From: Octopus sinensis
Lineage: Eukaryota
DNA length: 64,000 nucleotides
Direction of reading: 5' to 3'
Assembly: GCF_006345805.1 (NCBI RefSeq)
Contig: NC_043000.1
Coordinates: forward strand, 119,598,001 to 119,662,000
The position numbers and the translations under genes are program-made. The notes under the pieces are model-generated. The model was not told the DNA's origin, did not search any database, and saw only the letters and a list, made by a program, of their open reading frames with translations. Below, in pieces: positions 38,116-51,400 of this stretch. Position 1 is the stretch's first letter; each line of letters begins with the position of its first letter.

Positions 38116-38548
38116 ACTAGCAATATCGCCCGGCGTTGCTCGGGTTTGTAAGGGAAATAACCATATAAGCATTTTTAGAGAGTTATAGCCAAAAAATAGC
38201 AAAAAATGCATTAAAAATGGGGAAAAAAAATAGCAAAAAATGCGTTAAAAATGGAAGAAAAATGATGGTAAATTTTTTTTTAAATCATTGACTCGTCGTA
38301 GACATTTTTAGAGAGTTACTTCCCTTATATAATAGTGAAAAAATGCATTAAAATGGAAAAAAATGATGGTAAATTTTTTTTTAAATCGTAGACTCATCGT
38401 AGACGTGCGCTAATACCCAGAAGGGCTTGATATGAATCACGACTATAAGATACCCGGTTTTGGTTAAACTGCACTGCAAAATGTGGGAGTAGTTAGGAAT
38501 CTAAATTGTAGGAGACAGACACACAACTTCACTTTTATATATAAAGAT
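38116..38548 (+). mobile_element. Helitron-like element nested in a TTAA MITE
   Basis: The host MITE sequence GTTATATTTAAA resumes as AATTGAAAGAAACACAGAGC after the insert. Confidence 0.6.
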
Positions 38549-38872
38549 AATTGAAAGAAACACAGAGCATCTCAAAATAAATACGGTAGCGAAAGAGTTA
38601 ATAAAATAAGTTCCACCACAACAGTGGGAAGGAAGGACATCCATCTTTGAATGAACATTCCAACCTCAGTGTCTTGAGAAATGGATGCGACATAGTATAT
38701 AGATTTATTTCCTTAAAAAAGGCTCAGACATGACTGTGTGGTTAAGAAGATTATTTCATGTCATCTTGGGTTCTGACCCACTCCACAGCACCATAGGCAA
38801 GTGTGTTCTAAAGCCCCAGGGTAACCAAAGCCTTGTGAGTGGATATTGTAGATGAAAACTGAAAGAAGCCTG

Positions 38873-38910
<38 letters not shown>

Positions 38911-38912
<2 letters not shown>

Positions 38913-39843
38913 GGTGTGGATATTGGTGGTTGTGTCTGGTTATCAATCATTTAGTTGCGAGGTGTAGATAGAATGCTATAATTAATATGAGGCGTAAACA
39001 TAACACCAGAAGAAATATACACTTGTAACGGTGTTCGACATGTACGTTGAAGATACCAGCATTTCACTAACATCACCGTTATAATACGGTTTAAACAGGA
39101 TAAGAAAATGTGTTTTCATAGCAAGGTGAAAGTGAAATTAGGAAGTCATGTTATTTCGTTTTTTCATCCAGGGTTGACTGTATTCTCTTGTGGACAAAAG
39201 CTTGAGTATTACTTCATAAGGTGTATACAAATAAATCTTTAGCTAATTCATTTCCCTTGTAATAATACAATGAGAGTTTGTACAGATAAATATCAAGAGA
39301 AGGACTGGATTTAACACCAAAGCCAAAATATTTACAATTAATTTATCTCCACATAATAATGATAGGAAAAATTGCAGTATTTATCATAAAGAAGAAAAAA
39401 CATGTTTTGAAAGAATCTGTCATGAGAAAGACGACAGGAAAAATTTTCTTATCTGGTTTCTTAAAATTACTCTAAAAAAAAATGGTTTAGAAAGGTATGA
39501 CATAAAGTCATGAAGGATGAACAATGCAAAATAGCATTGCCAGAATGAGTGACAAGGTCCCGTACAGCAAATCAAGGTTCACTGAATAATTTCCCCAAAA
39601 TCAGGGTTTTTATAACTGCTGTAAGCTTGATTCTAAGAACCTTTCTTCATGGAAAAGAAACTTTTCATGAAGATTAGAATTGACGTATGGGCAGTAAAAT
39701 TGACCAATGAAAAAGCCTGAGACATTTATAAACAAAAGATAGCCAACATGACTATCACGTCATGCTGCTGCTAAAATCTTAACTATTACATCAAGTCCCT
39801 CATCAGAAAAATTGTTAAAGTTTTTGAAAAAAGGGCAATAATA

Positions 39844-39881
<38 letters not shown>

Positions 39882-40820
39882 GGTGTGGATATTGGTGGTT
39901 GTGTCTGGTTATCAATCATTTAGTTGCGAGGTGTAGATAGAATGCTATAATTAATATGAGGCGTAAACATAACACCAGAAGAAATATACACTTGTAACGG
40001 TGTTCGACATGTACGTTGAAGATACCAGCATTTCACTAACATCACCGTTATAATACGGTTTAAACAGGATAAGAAAATGTGTTTTCATAGCAAGGTGAAA
40101 GTGAAATTAGGAAGTCATGTTTATCTTAAGAATGTTATTTCGTTTTTTCATCCAGGGTTGACTGTATTCTCTTGTGGACAAAAGCTTGAGTATTACTTCA
40201 TAAGGTGTATACAAATAAATCTTTAGCTAATTCATTTTCCTTGTAATAATACAATGAGAGTTTGTACAGATAAATATCAAGAGAAGGACTGGATTTAACA
40301 CCAAAGCCAAAATATTTACAATTAATTCATCTCCACATAATAATGATAGGAAAAATTGCAGTATTTATCATAAAGAAGAAAAAACATGTTTTGAAAGAAT
40401 CTGTCATGAGAAAGACGACAGGAAAAATTTTCTTATCTGGTTTCTTAAAATTACTCTAAAAAAAAATGGTTTAGAAAGGTATGACATAAAGTCATGAAGG
40501 ATGAACAATGCAAAATAGCATTGCCAGAATGAGTGACAAGGTCCCGTACAGCAAATCAAGGTTCACTGAATAATTTCCCCAAAATCAGGGTTTTTATAAC
40601 TGCTGTAAGCTTGATTCTAAGAACCTTTCTTCATGGAAAAGAAACTTTTCATGAAGATTAGAATTGACGTATGGGCAGTAAAATTGACCAATGAAAAAGC
40701 CTGAGACATTTATAAACAAAAGATAGCCAACATGACTATCACGTCATGCTGCTGCTAAAATCTTAACTATTACATCAAGTCCCTCATCAGAAAAATTGTT
40801 AAAGTTTTTGAAAAAAGGGC
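38911..40820 (+). repeat. Near-identical tandem duplication of about 0.95 kb
   Basis: Copies 38911-39836 and 39880-40820, each bounded by (AT)n; differ by a 15-nt indel and a few substitutions. Confidence 0.93.
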
Positions 40821-40835
40821 AATAATAATAATAAT

Positions 40836-40876
<41 letters not shown>

Positions 40877-41824
40877 TCAAAACAATCTCAACAAAAACTG
40901 GGAAAAGCAATTGACCAAATCATGTAAATTAAAAATTTGGAAAAAAATACAAATGTTTCAATACTTAAAACAACAAACAACCATGAAATATGGCTTTACA
41001 GAAAAGTACAGTGTTCATGGAATGTTCAGCACAACTTCTCAAAAATGTTCAATCTAGTCTCTTGGGAAAACAAAAAATTTACAAAGTATCTCTTTTTTTT
41101 TTTAAAAAGACAAAATCCAGGAAATGTTAAAATCCATCAGGAAGTACAAAATTTAGCAAATTCAGAAAGTCTCTTTGGAAAATGTACAATCCTGCCACTT
41201 TTTGTCTTTTTCCTGTTGTTATTGCTGTTTCATAATTGATTTTTTTTTTGTGTTATTTTCTTGTGAGGTGTTCTTTTCAAAGTTATTTTCAAATGTTTAG
41301 CTTGATTGTAAATGAATCAAATGTTTAGCTTGAATGAAATGAAGAATGGTCAAAATAAGCCTTTTTAACTCTATCTAAACTGATATAGGCACAGGAGTGG
41401 CTCTGTGGTAAGTAGCTTGCTTACCAACCACATGGTTCTGGGCTCAGTCCCACTGCATGGCACCTTGGACAAGTGTCTTTTACTATGGCCTTGGGCTGAC
41501 CAAAGCCTTGTGAGTGGATTTGGTAGAGGGAAACTGAAAAAAAGCCTGTCGTATATATGTATATACATGTGTGTGTGTTTGTGTGTCCGTGTTTGTCCCC
41601 CCAACATTGCTTGAAAACCGATGCTGGTGTGTCTATGTCTCCGTAACTTAGCAGTTTGGCAAAAGAGACCAATAGAATACGTACTAGGCCTACAAAGAAT
41701 AAGTCCTGGGGTCAATTTGCTCAACTAAAGGCTGTGCTCCAGCATGCCCACAGTCAAATGACTGAAACAAGTGAAAGAGTGAATAGTAAAGAGAGTTTAA
41801 TTTTTTCCATGAATATCTAAAATT

Positions 41825-44060
41825 ATAGTTTTGTCTTTGACTGACAAAACTTTGAAAGGTCCAGTCTATTTATAATGCAGTGAATGATGACCGGCATCAT
41901 TACGTACATATATATGAGTCCAAGATTTAATATCAGCAGATACAAAACTTTTAATGCTATACATAGTTTGAAATATTTTCCCCGAAAGAAACTGTTTCTT
42001 CAAACATTTGACCGGGCAAAGTTAAAGGAGTTCCGTTGAAAAGTTCAGCTGGTGAAAATTTGCAAATTTTCCTTAATAGTATTCCTGATTTCCAATAATA
42101 TAACAGGTAAAGCTTCTAACCAACTGTTAGAATCAGAATAAATTCGTAATGCTACTTTTAACTAACAATGGAATCTCTCTATCTTTCCGTTGGATTGTGG
42201 GTGATAAGTAGAGGTTCGAATTCTTTGAATGCCCAACAGTTTATTAAATTCTGCAAAGAGCGTAGATTCAAATTGTCTTCCATGATCTGTCATTATGGTT
42301 TTTGGAATTCCATATCATAAAATTCTATTACTGAATATAGTTTTGGTTATTGTCACTGCAGATGTGTCTTTGATTGGAAAAACTTCAGGCCAATGTGAAA
42401 AACGATCAATGAATGCTAACAAATAACCATTACTCTTTACAGGAGGTAATGGTCCAAGTATGTCCATATGACTGTGTTGAAATCTAGCATCAGGGTTCGC
42501 AAAAGCCCCTAATGGTGCTTTAATATTCCAATTCACTTTTGCTTTTTGACATTGTATACAAGACTGAACCCAAGAATGAATATTCCTATTCATTCCAGGC
42601 CAGACAATTCGATTTGATATCAATTTCAGTGATGCAGCAATACCAGGATGTGATAAGTTTTGTAAGGTAGATAAAACAACTTTTCTATGCTGTTCAGGCA
42701 CAAATGGTCGAGAAAATCCTGTAGAAATATCACACCAGATATGTGATTTACTAGAATGAATTGGCAATAACTTGAATTTCAAAACAGTTGAACTGGAATC
42801 TTTATACTGAGAGAATTCCTTATCTGTTGTTTGATCTTCAGACATTTCTTCTAAATCAGTCATACACAAAGAATGCAATGCATGAACATTAATGCGAGAA
42901 AGAGCACCAGCTGAAGAATTTTTAACACCCTTGGTATACTTTATATCCACAGTATACTGTGAAATATAATCAAGGTGTCTGACTCTTGGAGAATATTTTG
43001 CAGAAGAATTTCTAAATGCATGTGTCAATGGTTTATGATCAGTAGATAAGGTGAAATAACCTACCTTCAAGAAGATGCCTGAAGTATTTGATTGACAAAT
43101 AAACCATCAGCAGTTCTCTGCCAAAAATGCTGTTTTGTCTTTGCTGCCTTGAATTTTTTTGTAAAGAATGATAGAGATTGCCAAGAACCACAATTAATTT
43201 TTGTAAAACTCCACCAATTCCAATATCGGAAGCATCAACTATCAGTGATAATTTTGCTTCAGGAACCAGGTGGGTTAAGAGTGTTTTTTCACAAAGTGTT
43301 TCTTTTAATGCAATGAAATGCTTCTAACACTTTCTGTTCTAAAGTAACTGCTTTATTTTTATTTTTCCTATTTTTCAACAATTCCTTTAAAGGAAATAAA
43401 CTTTCTGTGCAGTTAGTTATAAATCTTCTATAGAAATTAATAAGTCCTACGAACTCACGAAGCTTTCTTAAAGAGTTAGGTACTGGAAATTTGTTAATAA
43501 CTTCAACCTTGTCTGGAAGATGTCAGATTCCATCTTTATCAATAAGATGACCGAAAAAAGAGATGGTATGTTCACCGAAAACACTTTACGATGCTTTAAA
43601 TGATTTCCATGAACTTCTTCTAAAGGACTGGCAATGAGAAGGTCGTCTATATATTTGAATACAAAAGGTAAATCTCTGGTTACTTTGTCTATAAGCCTTT
43701 GAAAGGTATTGGCAGCATTCATTAATCCAAAAGGCATGCAAAGGAATTCATATAGCCCAAATGGAGTTGTAATGACAGTTTTTGGTATATCCTTCTCTTC
43801 AACAGGAATCTGATTATAAGCTCTAAGTCAATCTTTGAAAAAATATTACAACCATTTAATGATGCTGAAAGATCATGGATATGAGGAACTGGATATTTAT
43901 CAGGCTGTATTTTGGCATTAAGCTGGTGAAAATCACCACAAGGACACCAATCAGTCTTATTTTTTTCAACCAGAACTAAAGGTGTAGGCCAATTATTACG
44001 AGAAGGACAAATTATTCTGAGGTCCAACATGTGATAAAATTTGGCCTGTGCAATCTTTAA
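41825..44060 (-). mobile_element. Decayed Ty3/Gypsy pol (RT-RNaseH-integrase)
   Basis: Frameshifted ORFs: RT (W.TPLVLV.K, DKYPVPHI, FSKIDL, MPFGLMNAANTFQR, YIDD), RNase H (TDHKPL), integrase HHCC (HPG..WPGM..C..CQ), core TDHGRQFES / YHPQSNGKIERFH and GPFKV. No gag seen. Confidence 0.93.
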
Positions 44061-44569
44061 TTTTTCTGTAGATAGTCTAATTTATCATAACATAATAGTT
44101 ATAGGAAAAATTGGAGTATTTATCATAAAGAAGAAAAAACATGTCTTGAAAGAATCTGTTATGAGAAAGACGACAGGAAAAATTTTCTTATCTGGTTGCT
44201 CAAAATTATTCTAAAGAAGGAAATGGTTTAGAAAGGTATGACATAAGGTCATGAAGGATGAATAATGCAAAATAGCATTGCCAGAATGAGTGACAAGGTC
44301 CAGTGTGGCAAACTGCATAATTTCCCAAAAATCAGGGTTTTTATAACTGCCATTAATCTGATTCTAGGAACCTTTCTTCATGGTAAAGAAATTTTTTTAT
44401 GAAGATTAGAAATCGAAATCAAATTCAATGACTGGCATCCGTGCTAGTGGAGCGCTAAGAGCACCATCTGAGCGTGATCGTTGCCAGAGCAGCTTACTGG
44501 CTTCCATGCTGGTGGCACATAAAAAGCACCATTTGAGCAGGATCGTTACCAGCATCTTACTGGCACTTA

Positions 44570-44889
44570 ACATTATTTACATTTGACATATATTTGCCCT
44601 CATCTTGTTTGTTGTTAACACGTTTTGGCTGATATACCCCACCAGCCTTCCTCATGTGTCTTGGGGAAATTTCAAACCTGGGTTCTCATTCCTAAGGTAT
44701 TTTTCAATGTTATCATCATTACCACCACCACCACCACCACTATTATTATTATTATTATGGTCACTGCCTGGAATTGAACTCGGAATCTTGGGGTTAGTAG
44801 CCCGTGCTCTTAACCACTAGGCCATATGCCTGTGGGTACCGCAAATGTAAATAATGTACATAATTCCTCATCTCTTAAATATAGAAGTG
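44570..44889 (-). mobile_element. Second copy of the hammerhead-tailed tRNA-SINE
   Basis: Same head (44758-44830), (AAT/GGT)n linker and tail; inverted 3'-end piece at 44838-44889. Confidence 0.75.
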
Positions 44890-45712
44890 TATTAACTTAG
44901 TTATCATTCAGCAAGTGTTAGGAACATTAATTGTGACTAAGGTTTGGTGGCAGATTTTAATTCAAAACTTATGAAAACAAGACATTTGTACTACAGAGCC
45001 AGAGGTGGTTTCAGACAGGCTGGTAATGATAGGGTTAAGAATTATTTCTCTGTTATATATTTTAACCCTTTCATTACTGAATTTCTTTTGAGATGCTCTG
45101 TGTTTCTTTCAATTAATTTTAAATATAACAAAGAATTTAGTAAAATAACTTAGTCACAATTTGTGTTAGGAACACAAATTGTGACTAAGGTTTGGTGGCA
45201 GATTTTAATTCAAAACTTATGAAAACAAGACATTTGTACTCAGAGCCATAGCCGAGTTGGTAACGAAAGGGTTAACCAAGAAAAATATAAAAATTCTAAG
45301 AAATTAATGACAGCATTTACTGGTGAAAAAAACCTGCTGACCCACCTAATGTGTCATCTGCTGATGAACATAGTGTTTTCCAGTTGCATGAAGTGATGCA
45401 ATCAGCTGCTGCTGCACGTATGGGAGGCAGCAGTGCATTTCTTATGAAGACTTCATTTCCTTGTTGTTGACAGTTTCTTGTTCATCCATCAAGCAGAACT
45501 GTGTGGTAGTCCATAATACCAGTCTATTGATATATAGACGCGTTGTGTTCTTGAGCAAAACACTTCATTTCACGTTGCTCCAGTCCACTCAGCTGGCAAA
45601 AATGAGTAACGCTGTGATGGACTGGCATCCCATCCAGCTGGGGAACACGCCATTGAAACCGGGAAACCAGGCTCATGAGCCTGGCTAGGCTTTAAAAAGG
45701 GCACATTTATCT

Positions 45713-46020
45713 GTGGAGGCACATGGCCTAGTGGTTAGAGCAACGGAGTCGCGGTCGAGGAATCGTGGGCTCGAATCTCAGACTGGCCGTTGTGTGTGTT
45801 TATGAGCGAAACACCTAAGCTCCATGCGGCTCCGGCAGAAGATAATGGCGAACCTCTGTTGACTCTCTCGCTATAACTTTCTCTCACTCTTTCCTCCTGC
45901 ATCTTGCAGCTCACCTGCAACGGACAGGCGTCCCGTCCAGGTGGGGAACCTATACGCCAAGGAAACCGGGAAACCGGCCCTTATGAGCCAAGCGTGGCTC
46001 GAGAAGGAACAAACAACAAC
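45713..46020 (+). mobile_element. tRNA-derived SINE family D with (AAC)n tail
   Basis: TGGCCTAGTGG A box, GCTCGAATCTC B-box-like, ends AACAAACAACAAC. Confidence 0.65.
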
Positions 46021-48604
46021 ATGGGTTGGACAGTTTGACAGGAACTGGCATGCTGGAGAGCTGCATCAAGCTCCAGTCGTCTGTTTTGGCATGGGTTTTT
46101 AGAGCTGGGTGCCCTTCCTAATGCCAACCACTTTACAGAGTGTACTGGGTGCTTTCTATGTGGCACTGGCATGAGTGCTCTTCATATTGCACTTGCACGA
46201 GTGCTTTATTCTGTGGTGCCAGCACAGGTGCTTATTACATGATATAGACACGTTGTGTTCTTGAATTACAGCAGTGCTAATTAGGTACAGAACTAACTTA
46301 AATGAAATGTAGTCTTGGTGCCTGTCAAGTGAGTGCTTTTTATGTGGTACCACTCTATTGATATATATGTATATATTTCTTTACTACCCACAAGGGGCTA
46401 AACACAGAGGGGACAAACAAGGACAGACAAAGGGATTAAGTTGATTATATCGACCCCAGTGTGTAACTGGTACTTAATTTATCGACCCCGAAAGGATGAA
46501 AGGCAAAGTCGACCTCGGCAGAATTTGAACTCAGAACGTAACGGCAGACAAAATACTGCTAAGCATTTCGCCCGACGCACTAATGTTTCTGCCAGCTCGC
46601 CGCCCTGTATATCTATTGATATATATGTATATGTATATCAATATATCCAACCGATACAGACACATTCATGCCCGTTTCCATAGTAACAAGCGAAACATGA
46701 AAGCTCTTTTGTGTGCGAGAAAGCCCGTGTTGACAAATATTTTCCACTCATTAAGGTGGTTGTGAGATGTGCTAAAAATAGCAGCCAAATAGGCCTTAAA
46801 TCATGCACCAAAAAATGTTTTTGTTTTACTTTTGGACAATTGCATGAATTCCTGTAGAAACATATTTGCAAAATTTTTACTGAAAATACCAAAAATTAAA
46901 AAGTTATCAGGAGTTAAATGGTGTGCATAGAGCAGAATTTGATTTGTTTATAATTGTCATTTGATTTGTTTATAATTAACACATGTTGTCATGTACAAAA
47001 TGACAACTTCCATATCCTGTTTCCTGACTGGGTAGAAATGATCAAACTTTAAACCTCTATGACTTTTTAAAACCGTTTTTCTTCAAAAATTGAAATAACT
47101 CAGGCTGATCAAAGCCTTGTGTGTGGATTTGGTAGACGGAAACTGAAAGAAGCCTATCATATATATATATTGTGTGTGTGTGTGTATGTTTGTATGTCTG
47201 TGTTTGTCCCCCCAACATTGCTTGGCAACTGATGCTGGTGTGTTTACGTCACCGTCAATTAGTGGTTCGGCAAAAGAGACCAATAGAATAAGTACTAGGC
47301 TTACAAAGAATATATCCTGGGGTTGATTTGCTTGACTAAAGGTGGTGCTCCAGCATGGCCACAGTCAAATGACTGAAACAAATAAAAGAGTAAAAGAATA
47401 TAAAAATTGAATGATGATGGTGTATATTAAGCTGTTGTTTAGAATCCATCTGAAAAGGATTTATCAAGAAATGAAAAAAAATCCATTTTTGTCTGTTTGA
47501 AATCTGGAATTATCGCTAATGTTAATCTATAAAAATAAATGGCAAGTTTGTGTGCTTGTGAATTTGTTACTGTAATTCCTCCGAGACTATCCAACAGACG
47601 TTGACGAAACTTGACACATGTGTGGGGCTTATGCCCATGTGGTCACTTATGCAATTTGAATTTTAAAAAAATCGATTTTTAATCACCATTGATTTTTCAA
47701 AAATTGTAAAATTTTGGCATTTTTCGCACTAGCCATCTTGACACCAATTTCACAAAAAATGCTTCATGTGTATAAACAGACAGTTTATTAAATTATTTAG
47801 CATTTGCTCATTCTTCATTTCAATACGAATTGTTTTGATTTGCTAAAACTTATTTCAATTCGCTGTTTTAATTCCCCAGAATTTCAGGTTTTGATTAGGT
47901 AAGACCATTTCAAGCAAAATTTAGGCATTTTGCGCACTAGCCATCATGACATCAATTTGACAAAATCTGCCCCAAAGCTTAAAATTTTGCCCTTTTACGC
48001 ACATGCACAAAAATGAAAACAACATGGGTACACTACCAGGCTCTCTTTACTCTTTTACTTGTTTCAGTTATTTGACTGCGGCCATGTTGGAGCACCGCCT
48101 TTAGTTGAGCAAATCGACCCCAGGACTTATTCTTTGTAAGCCTAGTACTTATTCTATCGGTCTCTTTTGCTGAACCACTAAGTTACGTGGATGTAAACAC
48201 ACCACCATCAGTTGTCAAGCAATGTTGGGGGGGACAAACACAGACACACAAACATATACACACACATATATATATGTACATATATACGATGGGCTTCCTT
48301 CAGTTTCCGTCTACCAAATCCCGAGGCTATAGTAGAAGACACTTGCCCAAGGTGCCAAGCTGTTAGAATGAACTTGGAACCATGTGGTTGGTAAGCAAGC
48401 TACTTACCACACAGCCACTCCTGCACCTGCTCGTTTTTTCATCAAATTGGTCCTACCCATTAATATAAATTTGAATTTTTTGAAAAATGCCGAAACTTGA
48501 TGAAAAATGTTTCAGGGCTATCAACAAACATTTTATTAACGGTAATTTTTTACCAGGTACCTCTGCTAGTTGATTTAAAAAAAAATTTTCATTCAATTTT
48601 ACAG

Positions 48605-48652
48605 CTTCTGCAGCTTTGAGTCTTTCAAGTATTCCATGGAATGGACCAGTTG
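48605..48652 (+). CDS. PNPT1: PNPT1 exon 7; gene continues beyond the window
   Basis: ATTTTACAG / GTAAGT; 48 nt; (A)SAALSLSSIPWNGPV(G). Confidence 0.97.
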
Positions 48653-48707
48653 GTAAGTTCTTAAAGATTAACTTCATTCATTCCACCACTCCATTTTGTA
48701 AGACGTA

Positions 48708-48887
48708 CCATATTCTATCATGCATAAGGAACCCACGTGTATAAGGAAACCCCTAATTTTTTGGGGCTTAATATTTAGCAAAAAGGTTTTGTAAGGGATT
48801 ATAATACTATCCATGTTTAAGAAACCCCCACATTTTTTAAACATAATTTTTGACAAAAACAGGTTCCTTATACATGTTAAAATATGG
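48708..48887. mobile_element. Short TA-flanked MITE
   Basis: TA|CCATATT..ATAAGGAACC ... GGTTCCTTAT..AATATGG|TA. Confidence 0.6.
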
Positions 48888-51149
48888 TAAATTTCAGAAA
48901 TCTGAGTGATAACACATCTAGCCCTTTTGTGGCCCCTGTTGCAGTTAAATTTTAAAATGATGAAGAATTTAGTAAAAAAAGAAATTGTCATCATAACACC
49001 TGCTAGAATGTTCTCAAATCACTTTAAAACAAGAAGCTTGTATCATAGAAACAGGGACATTCTGAAGCAGGTTTGTTTCAGAAGGGCTAAAGAATTTTAA
49101 AAAAGGTTTTTATTGTTTAGAAGCAAGCGTTGCTATATGGAAGCTTTCTTTTCAACCACATGGTTTCAGGTTCAGTCCTACTGTGCAGCTAGAATCCATC
49201 AAACAGAGGTGGTTTCAGCCAGGTTGGTATCGAAAGGGTTAAGTCTACTACTCAACAACAGGTACAGTTTTGATCTATGTAATCTTACATACATGGCCCA
49301 GATTAACCAAGATTGGCTTCTGTGCCAGTGGCACGTAAAAAGCACCAACCAATCGTGGCCGTTGCCAGCCTTGCCTGGCACCTAAAAAGCACCCACTACA
49401 CTCATGGAGTGGTTGGCGTTAGGAAGGTCATCCAACTGTAGAAACACTGCCAGATCAGACTGGAGCCTGGTGCAGCCTCCTGGCTTCACAGACCCTGGTC
49501 GAACCGTCCAACTCATGCTAGCATGGAAAACGGACATTAAACGTTGATGATGATGATGATAGTTGAAGCTACTTACCCAAGGTGCTGCACATTGGTCAAA
49601 ACTAGAACAATATGTTTGTGAAACAGAATTATTACCCATACATGTAAAAGCACCCAGTATACTCTGTAAAGTGGTTGGGCATTCAGCCATAGAAACCATG
49701 CAAAATCAGATGGAACCTGGTGCAACTCCCCAGCTTGACAGCTCTTGCCAAACTGTTGTACCCATGCCAACATGGACACCAGATATTAAATGATGATGAT
49801 AATAGACTTGCCTACTCCATGTAATCTGTGTGTGTGTTTATATAAACACACAAAAAGTTAGAGAGAGAGAAAGAGAGACTGTATATGAGAAGGTCGTCAC
49901 AACTTTCTGTACTCTGTATCTTTCCTGCTATACTGTACCCTGGGTTTAGCCACTCCACTGGTGTTAATAATTTATGTTATGGGGATATATATTGAGCATG
50001 TAACACCATTCTTTGTATTTTCTACTCAACACTGAAGAAGTGATTTAATAAGATTATATCATGTTCCAACAAGCAATTATGTAATCCTAGCAGTTAATTT
50101 GCTGAAATGCGTGCATGTTTTATAAACTATAAAACACCATATATGTTTTTTTGTATTTTATTAATTTTACACACACTGACCTGTGTGTATACACACACAT
50201 ATATTTTAAGCTGAAAACTTCTCTAACTGTTTCTATGAATTTCACATTCCTGATTTCTGGGGAGCTGTGAATTTTGGAGAAAATAAGACCAATATATACA
50301 GTTTCTTACTTAAATAAAAAAGTCACAAAAATATTTGAAAGGTTTGGGTGCATAATAGATTTTCGTTTTGTGCATATGAGCAAAAAAAAAAAAAATGAAA
50401 TTTTTCTGTCTTCATCTGATGAAAAAAATGTATGTAGTCAGTGTGAAAAAAAATATTTTAAAAACTACATAAAGATATAAATTTATAAAATTATGTCTTC
50501 TTGTTCTATTCATGCTTTGGTTCTTTTCTCCTTACAGACCCTTACATCTGCCTCTACTCACACATTCCTTTACACAGATGCACGCTCAATGAATAATTAA
50601 AACCCATTCGAATGTCAGACTTATAGAAAGATGCCTGCATATTAAAAACATGAAAGTTACATTAGCGTGATGGACCAATGAACTAAGTTGGATGGGTGGT
50701 AGATAAAAGAAAGTGGAAATAGCAGATGAATCTTAGATGGGGGGAAAAAAAATAAATAAAGAACTTATATAGATGATAAAAAGGTGATGTATATGATTAA
50801 GAAAAAAAAGTTCTTTATCTGATGAAAAAATATATATGACAAAAATATGATACAAAAATTTATAAATTCATGCCACACACCAATAGTTCAAGACAGGAGT
50901 AGAAAATAAGAACCGTCTCGGGCATAATCTTAGGTGTTAAGAACAATGCTGTTAAGGAGTTCATCAAGGTACTCTCTCACTGGTTTCCTAGTACACTACA
51001 GTATTAGAAAATCTTTAAGGGGGGACCATATCAGAATGAATTACAGCAGTGCTAATTAGGTACAGAACTAACTTAAATGAAATGTAGTCTGGGTTTGTTC
51101 CAGGACCTGGGACCACAGATGCCTTCTTGGTGTGGGTAACTACTGTAAA

Positions 51150-51400
51150 ATTTAGTAGTATTTATTAATTGAGGATGGAGGGATAGGTTGCGAGAGCTTC
51201 AAGACATATAGAGTTGTTATCAGTGAGCCTCAGCAGTGCACTCAATGAGGAATTCAGCATATAGATAGGTGTCCGCCAAGGCTCAGTTCTCAACCCTGTT
51301 TTGTTCATGATAGTTCTGTAAGCCATAACATAGAAGTTTCAAATTGTTTGTCCATGGGTGCTCCTGTATATTGATGCCTTAATTCTCCTGTATGTTGATG
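51150..51400 (+). mobile_element. RTE-like LINE RT fragment
   Basis: GVRQGSVLNPVLFMIVL*AIT*KFQIVCPWVLLYID, a degenerate GxxQGSVLSP / PWELLYADD. Confidence 0.75.
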
